64,000 nt of DNA. Source: an uncultured delta proteobacterium (lineage in GTDB: Bacteria; Desulfobacterota; Desulfobacteria; Desulfobacterales; SG8-13). A program made the position numbers and the translations under genes. The stretch spans positions 186,001 to 250,000 of the forward strand of contig CAWKCK010000003.1 of NCBI GenBank assembly GCA_963848135.1, written 5' to 3'. The notes below the pieces were generated by a model, which ran no database searches, was not told where the DNA came from, and worked only from the letters and a program-made list of their open reading frames with translations. This document shows positions 59,135 through 64,000 of the stretch, in pieces (position 1 is the stretch's first letter; each line of letters starts with the position of its first letter).

Positions 59135-60232
59135 TTAGTTTTGCACGTATCCTTCGACCATTATGTCATCTCCAAAATTGTGCACTTGCACATCTTTGAT
59201 CGACCTGCAATTTTTCATCTCGTCAGCCCCTTTACCCCGGCATATGGGTACACCATCGTCACCCCCCAGGATCTTGGGAGCATAAAAGAAGTGTATCTTG
59301 TCGACGATACCGGCTCTAAAAGCCGAGCCGATGAGTCCACCGCCACCTTCCACCAATATGCTGGTAACACCGATCTCCCCGAGTGCACGCGTTAATCGCC
59401 TCAGGCCGATACGGCCATCGTGCAGAGGCACAGTCAGGAAACGCACGCCCATTTTCGCCAATCGTTCTTTTTTATCTTTTGAAACCAGAGGACCGGTCAC
59501 AATTGTGGTCGCTGCAAGGGAATCAAGATTCAGCACGCGCGCATCTTTTGAAATTGACAGGCGGGTATCTAATATGACCCGTAGAGGATCCTTTCCCTTA
59601 AAACCATTGATACGGGTCGTCAGACTGGGGTTGTCAGCGTTGACTGTACCCACCCCGACCATGATGGCATCGACGGCGTGTCGGAGTCCGTGTACGAATG
59701 AACGCGACGCTTCGCCCGACACCCATTTGGAATCACCGGTTCGCGTGGCGATGCGACCATCAAGTGTTGCTGCACATTTAACGATGACAAAAGGTTTCTT
59801 GGTGCGAACATACTTGATGAAAGCTTCATTTAGTCGCGCGGCGCTGGCTTCACAAACACCGGTCGTCACCTCGACGCCCTTATCAGCCAGAACCGCCAAC
59901 CCTCCGCCTTTGACATCTGGGTTAGGGTCCCGCATGGCAGTGACCACACGCCGAATGCCGGCTGCCAGGATTTTCTTCGTGCACGGTGGTGTTCTGCCAG
60001 TGTGGTTGCAGGGTTCGAGCGTTACGTATAGACTCGCCCCCCGAGCTGAAGCCCCCGCATTATTAATTGCAATGACTTCGGCATGGGGTTTTCCGGCCGC
60101 TTCATGATAGCCTTCACCGATAATTCGACCGTTTTTTACAACAACGGCACCGACCATTGGATTCGGAGACGTAAACCCCTTGCCCCGTTGCGCAAGGTCA
60201 AGCGCCACTTGCATGAACTCTTTGTCATCCAT
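59135..60232 (-). CDS. ribD: Bifunctional riboflavin deaminase/reductase
   Basis: PNPMVG, HAE, LEPCNH.GRTPPC, SKWVSG, VEGGG. Confidence 0.98.
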   Translation of the reverse strand: MDDKEFMQVALDLAQRGKGFTSPNPMVGAVVVKNGRIIGEGYHEAAGKPHAEVIAINNAGASARGASLYVTLEPCNHTGRTPPCTKKILAAGIRRVVTAMRDPNPDVKGGGLAVLADKGVEVTTGVCEASAARLNEAFIKYVRTKKPFVIVKCAATLDGRIATRTGDSKWVSGEASRSFVHGLRHAVDAIMVGVGTVNADNPSLTTRINGFKGKDPLRVILDTRLSISKDARVLNLDSLAATTIVTGPLVSKDKKERLAKMGVRFLTVPLHDGRIGLRRLTRALGEIGVTSILVEGGGGLIGSAFRAGIVDKIHFFYAPKILGGDDGVPICRGKGADEMKNCRSIKDVQVHNFGDDIMVEGYVQN

Positions 60233-60396
60233 CTATTGCAAACTTTGCATCGTACGATGGGCACTGTGCTATATGCACCCCGAAAAGACCAGCGCTGGTC
60301 TTTCCGTTAGTGCGATTTGACATCCCACGGGTTAAATCTGTCCGGCGCCTATTTCGTTGACGTGGATAAAGATCGTCTTAGCCCGGATGTTTTGGA

Positions 60397-60858
60397 CTAT
60401 GAGGACTGCTGGCTAAGCAAATTTTTTAATTCCGAGACGAAGTCATTGACATCTTTGAATTCCCGATAAACCGATGCAAAACGAACATAGGCGACAGCAT
60501 CGAGATCATGCAATTTAGCCATAACCCTCTCTCCCAGGGAGTGTGAGGGGATCTCTTTTTCACCGGTTTCTCTGAGGTCGCGCTCAAACTCATTAATAAA
60601 TTCTTCAATCAGATTCATGCTGATGTTACGCTTTTCACACGCTTTCTGTATGCCTGAGCGTATCTTTTCGCGGGAGAAGATTTCACGACGTCCATCCTTT
60701 TTAATAATCATGATTGGAATTTCTTCAATGTGCTCGTATGTCGTGAACCGTCGCGTGCAAATCAGACATTCTCTTCGTCTGCGGATAACATTGCCGTCCT
60801 TGCTCAATCTGGAATCGATGACCTTGTTGTCGATTTCACCGCAAAACGGGCATTTCAT
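60397..60858 (-). CDS. nrdR: Transcriptional repressor NrdR
   Basis: [35 protein letters not shown]. Confidence 0.98.
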   Translation of the reverse strand: MKCPFCGEIDNKVIDSRLSKDGNVIRRRRECLICTRRFTTYEHIEEIPIMIIKKDGRREIFSREKIRSGIQKACEKRNISMNLIEEFINEFERDLRETGEKEIPSHSLGERVMAKLHDLDAVAYVRFASVYREFKDVNDFVSELKNLLSQQSS

Positions 60859-61337
60859 GTGGGCCCTCCCTTGTCACTTCGATCGTCATATCTTATGAGT
60901 TCAACCCCGGCTTCTGCTAACATCTCCTGGGATAGTGCATCGGCATAGCCGGATTGATAAAATATTTTTTTTATCCCGGCATTGATGATCATTTTAGCGC
61001 AAATGGCGCAAGGTTGATTGGTGCAATAAAGGATGGCATCTTTAACGGATACACCATGGTATGCCGCCTGGATGATAGCGTTCTGCTCGGCATGGATCCC
61101 GCGGCACAGCTCGTGCCTCTCGCCAGAGGGGATATTCATTGTTTCCCTGAGGCATCCGACCTCCAGGCAATGCCTGATTCCCGTCGGCGCTCCGTTGTAT
61201 CCGGTGGTAAGAATCCGTTTGTCTTTGACGATAATCGCCCCCACGGCCCTTCGGGTGCAGGTTGCACGCTGGCCAACCAGAGTCGTGATATTCATGAAAT
61301 ATGTGTCCCACGAAGGACGCTGCTCGACTTGCAACAT
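60855..61337 (-). CDS. dCMP deaminase family (ComEB-like) protein
   Basis: [26 protein letters not shown]. Confidence 0.92.
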   Translation of the reverse strand: MLQVEQRPSWDTYFMNITTLVGQRATCTRRAVGAIIVKDKRILTTGYNGAPTGIRHCLEVGCLRETMNIPSGERHELCRGIHAEQNAIIQAAYHGVSVKDAILYCTNQPCAICAKMIINAGIKKIFYQSGYADALSQEMLAEAGVELIRYDDRSDKGGPT

Positions 61338-61340
61338 AAG

Positions 61341-62603
61341 TTAGAGTGCCCCCAAATCAAACTCGCTGTAAAGTGGAAAGGCCCTGCAAAGTTCACCGGC
61401 CGTGTTTCTGATACGCTGCAGCGCCTCCTCGCGGCCACGGTTTTCCAATGCGTCGGCAATGAGTTCGGCAATGGTGATCATCTCCAATTCCCTCATCCCC
61501 CGGGTCGTCACAGCGGGCGTACCGATACGTATGCCGCTCGTAATCAACGGACTCTGAGGATCGAAGGGAATGGCGTTTTTATTGACGGTGATGCCGGCCT
61601 GCCCAAGAACACCTTCGGCCTCCTTGCCGGTAATAGCGTGATTACGCAAGTCCACCAGCATCATGTGATTGTCGGTCCCATCCGACACGAGAGTCAATCC
61701 TTTCTCCATTAACCTTCCGGCCAGAGCCTTGGCGTTTTTAATGACATTCATTTGGTAATCTGTGAATTCCGCCGTCAAGGCCTCTTTGAATGCCACCGCT
61801 TTGGCGGCAATGACGTGCATCAACGGCCCGCCTTGAATTCCAGGAAAAATCTGCTTGTTTAACTGGTCGCCGTAATCCGAACGCGCCAGGATCAATCCAC
61901 CACGAGGGCCCCGCAGCGTCTTATGCGTTGTAGACGCCACCACGTCGGCGAACGGCACCGGGGAAGGATGCAGGCCTGCGGCCACCAAGCCGGCGATATG
62001 GGCCATATCGACCATCAGGTAGGCACCGACGGCGGATGCAATCTGTCCGAAGCGTTCAAAATCGATTATGCGCGGGTAAGCACTGGCACCGGCCACGATC
62101 ATTTTGGGATGGTGCTCCGCGGCCAGGCGTTCCAATTCGTCATAATCGATGGTTCCGGTCGCCTCTTTTACCCCATAGGAAATAAAATTGAAAAGTCTTC
62201 CGGAAAAACTGACCGGGCTGCCGTGAGTCAGATGTCCCCCATGGGCCAGGTTCATCCCGAGCACGGTATCCCCCGGTTCGAGGAAAGCAAAATATATGGC
62301 CATATTGGCCTGAGAACCCGAGTGAGGTTGGACGTTGGCATAGTCCGCATTAAAAAGCTCTTTGGCCCGCTCGACAGCCAGTTTCTCAGCAATATCAACA
62401 AGTTCACAGCCACCATAGAACCGTTTGTCAGGATACCCTTCCGCGTATTTGTTTGTCAGGACACTCCCCTGAACGGCCATCACCGCCGGGCTGGTGAAAT
62501 TCTCGGAGGCAATCAGTTCAAGGGTCGTTCTCTGTCGGGCCAGTTCCTCGGCAATCGTTCTGGCCATATCAGGATCAATTTCTGCGATGCACTGCAAATC
62601 CAA
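61341..62603 (-). CDS. glyA: Serine hydroxymethyltransferase
   Basis: [38 protein letters not shown] start. Confidence 0.98.
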   Translation of the reverse strand: MDLQCIAEIDPDMARTIAEELARQRTTLELIASENFTSPAVMAVQGSVLTNKYAEGYPDKRFYGGCELVDIAEKLAVERAKELFNADYANVQPHSGSQANMAIYFAFLEPGDTVLGMNLAHGGHLTHGSPVSFSGRLFNFISYGVKEATGTIDYDELERLAAEHHPKMIVAGASAYPRIIDFERFGQIASAVGAYLMVDMAHIAGLVAAGLHPSPVPFADVVASTTHKTLRGPRGGLILARSDYGDQLNKQIFPGIQGGPLMHVIAAKAVAFKEALTAEFTDYQMNVIKNAKALAGRLMEKGLTLVSDGTDNHMMLVDLRNHAITGKEAEGVLGQAGITVNKNAIPFDPQSPLITSGIRIGTPAVTTRGMRELEMITIAELIADALENRGREEALQRIRNTAGELCRAFPLYSEFDLGAL

Positions 62604-62872
62604 GTCCGAATTCCTTCGTTAGTCGTTTCGGGGCAAAATCCAATCGAACCGAATTGTTCAGATACGCAAATACGAAAGTCCGGTGAACAATGCGAATAAA
62701 ACTGATTAGAGGCCACCGCTCGGAACGGTTATTGCCTCTTTGCAAACGGATATTTCAATAAATCCGGTTTTTTGGGACCCAGACACTTCGCGCCGTAACG
62801 GTTACCGAAAGCCTTGTCGAATAATGGTGGCCTGAGGACCCTCGGTTTGGCCCAAAGGGTGAAATTTTCGAA

Positions 62873-63346
62873 TTAAGTGGCTTTTTGTCCCAATTGGTCG
62901 AACATGGTCAATCGTCTCTGATGCCGGTCCCCCTCGAAAGGGGTATTCAACCAGGCCTCGACCGTTTCCAGAGCCATGGTATCTCCGAGTATCCGGCCGC
63001 CCAGTACAAGGATATTGGCGTCATTGTGTTGACGACTCATACGAGCAGCAAACGGCTCTGTACAAAGTGCCGCGCGCACATTCTGGAACTTGTTGGCCAC
63101 CATTGACATGCCGATACCCGTGCCGCAAAGAAGAATACCGCGCGGATACTTTCCCATTGAAACCTGTGAAGCGACCCGGACACCAAACTCGGGATAATCG
63201 ACGGAGGACTCACTGTAGGCACCGACGTCCTCGACAGGATACCCTTTCCCAGCAAGAAAGGCTTTGACCTTTTCCTTTAGCGGGTATGCCGCATGGTCGC
63301 ATCCGATGATAATGGTGTTCAAGGGGTCGTTTTGGTTGTTTTCCAT
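62873..63346 (-). CDS. rpiB: Ribose-5-phosphate isomerase B
   Basis: GCDHA, DYP, CGTGIGMS..ANK, RQHNDANIL, FEGDRHQRR. Confidence 0.97.
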   Translation of the reverse strand: MENNQNDPLNTIIIGCDHAAYPLKEKVKAFLAGKGYPVEDVGAYSESSVDYPEFGVRVASQVSMGKYPRGILLCGTGIGMSMVANKFQNVRAALCTEPFAARMSRQHNDANILVLGGRILGDTMALETVEAWLNTPFEGDRHQRRLTMFDQLGQKAT

Positions 63347-63446
63347 GGTTGATTCCCGTCTTTGTTTCACGTTTTCAAGGTGGGGAAGCTACTAAACGAA
63401 AAGCGCAGAATCGTTATCAATAGCCAATTCACTGCGTATCCGCAAG

Positions 63447-63478
63447 AAAAAAATTGCCTCCCGATCGGGAGGCAATTT
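63447..63478 (-). terminator. Rho-independent terminator downstream of fabF
   Basis: Perfect palindrome AAATTGCCTCCC-GATC-GGGAGGCAATTT followed by a U-tract on the minus strand. Confidence 0.85.
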
Positions 63479-63544
63479 GGGCGCGCCGTGAAATTTGAAC
63501 GGGTTTACTGAAGGGTGGATAGGAGCGGGTTCCTTTTATTCCAC

Positions 63545-64000
63545 TCAATTGTTTTCATAGGCCTTGAGTAAAAGACAGCCGTTTGTGCCGCCGAAGCCAA
63601 ATGAGTTGGTCATGGCGTATATAATCTTTGCTTTGCGGGCGACATTGGGCACATAATCCAAATCACATTCCGGATCGGGATTCTCATAATTTATTGTCGG
63701 CGGTATGATTCCGTGCTTAATGGTAAGGGCGGTAAAAACAGTTTCGATGCCCCCGGCGCCGCCAAGCAGGTGACCGGTCATCGACTTGGTGGAACTGACC
63801 GGAAGTGACCGGGCCTTTTCCTTGAATACAGTCTTGATGGCACGCGTTTCGTAAAGATCGTTTAACGGTGTCGAGGTGCCGTGCGCATTGATGTAATTTA
63901 CCTGATCGTACGAAATTCCGGCATCGTCAATGGCGGCCTGCATACAACGCGCAGCGCCATTGCCGTCCGGCGGTGGGGCTGATATGTGAAAACCGTCTCC
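63545..64000 (-). CDS. fabF: Beta-ketoacyl-ACP synthase II, C-terminal part (5' end outside the window)
   Basis: [30 protein letters not shown]. Confidence 0.96.
   Translation of the reverse strand, partial: GDGFHISAPPPDGNGAARCMQAAIDDAGISYDQVNYINAHGTSTPLNDLYETRAIKTVFKEKARSLPVSSTKSMTGHLLGGAGGIETVFTALTIKHGIIPPTINYENPDPECDLDYVPNVARKAKIIYAMTNSFGFGGTNGCLLLKAYENN

Noticed and set aside
60233..60396. FMN riboswitch upstream of the rib genes
   Set aside because: RFN conserved motifs (GGGTGAAATTCCC, AGTCTGGATGGGAG) are absent on the minus strand.
62604..62872. ZTP or THF riboswitch for glyA
   Set aside because: The GACTGGCG...CGCCTGGGC core of ZTP and the THF motifs were not found.
1..64000. CRISPR arrays, tRNA/rRNA, transposases, prophage
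   Set aside because: No regularly spaced direct repeats, cloverleaf or rRNA signatures, or mobile-element proteins were recognised by eye.

Overview
This 64-kb window is chromosomal bacterial DNA of roughly 50-55% GC (estimated by eye). Gene content and order suggest a Desulfobacterales-like sulfate reducer (inference). Most of it is housekeeping: panC-metK-ahcY, nadK, pncA/pncB, ubiX-ubiD(mqnL), purN, trxA, bamD, rpmB, relA/spoT, proS, ispG, and the conserved fabF-rpiB-glyA-deaminase-nrdR-ribD-ribE-ribBA-ribH-nusB string. There are two complete LIV-type ABC transporters. The most interesting block is a co-oriented locus at 12.9-17.9 kb encoding a Cys-Cys MarR regulator, a DsrE2/YrkE protein, TusA, a DsrM/NarI-like cytochrome b, a DsrK/HdrD-like CCG Fe-S protein and a cysteine-bearing FadL channel. 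It has a shared operator-like motif and a closing terminator, and is a candidate sulfane-sulfur import, carrier and reduction system. Other notable items: a proline/imino-acid island (putA split by one extra base, LIV2, GntR with a FadR-type box, FAD oxidoreductase, ProXp, RidA); an orphan Na+-type pomAB stator with a sigma28 promoter; an unlisted 52-aa ORF; a CbbQ/NorD pair with no obvious client; and three copies or remnants of a small inverted-repeat element. No rRNA, tRNA, CRISPR array, transposase or prophage was recognised. All calls come from reading motifs by eye; no searches were run.
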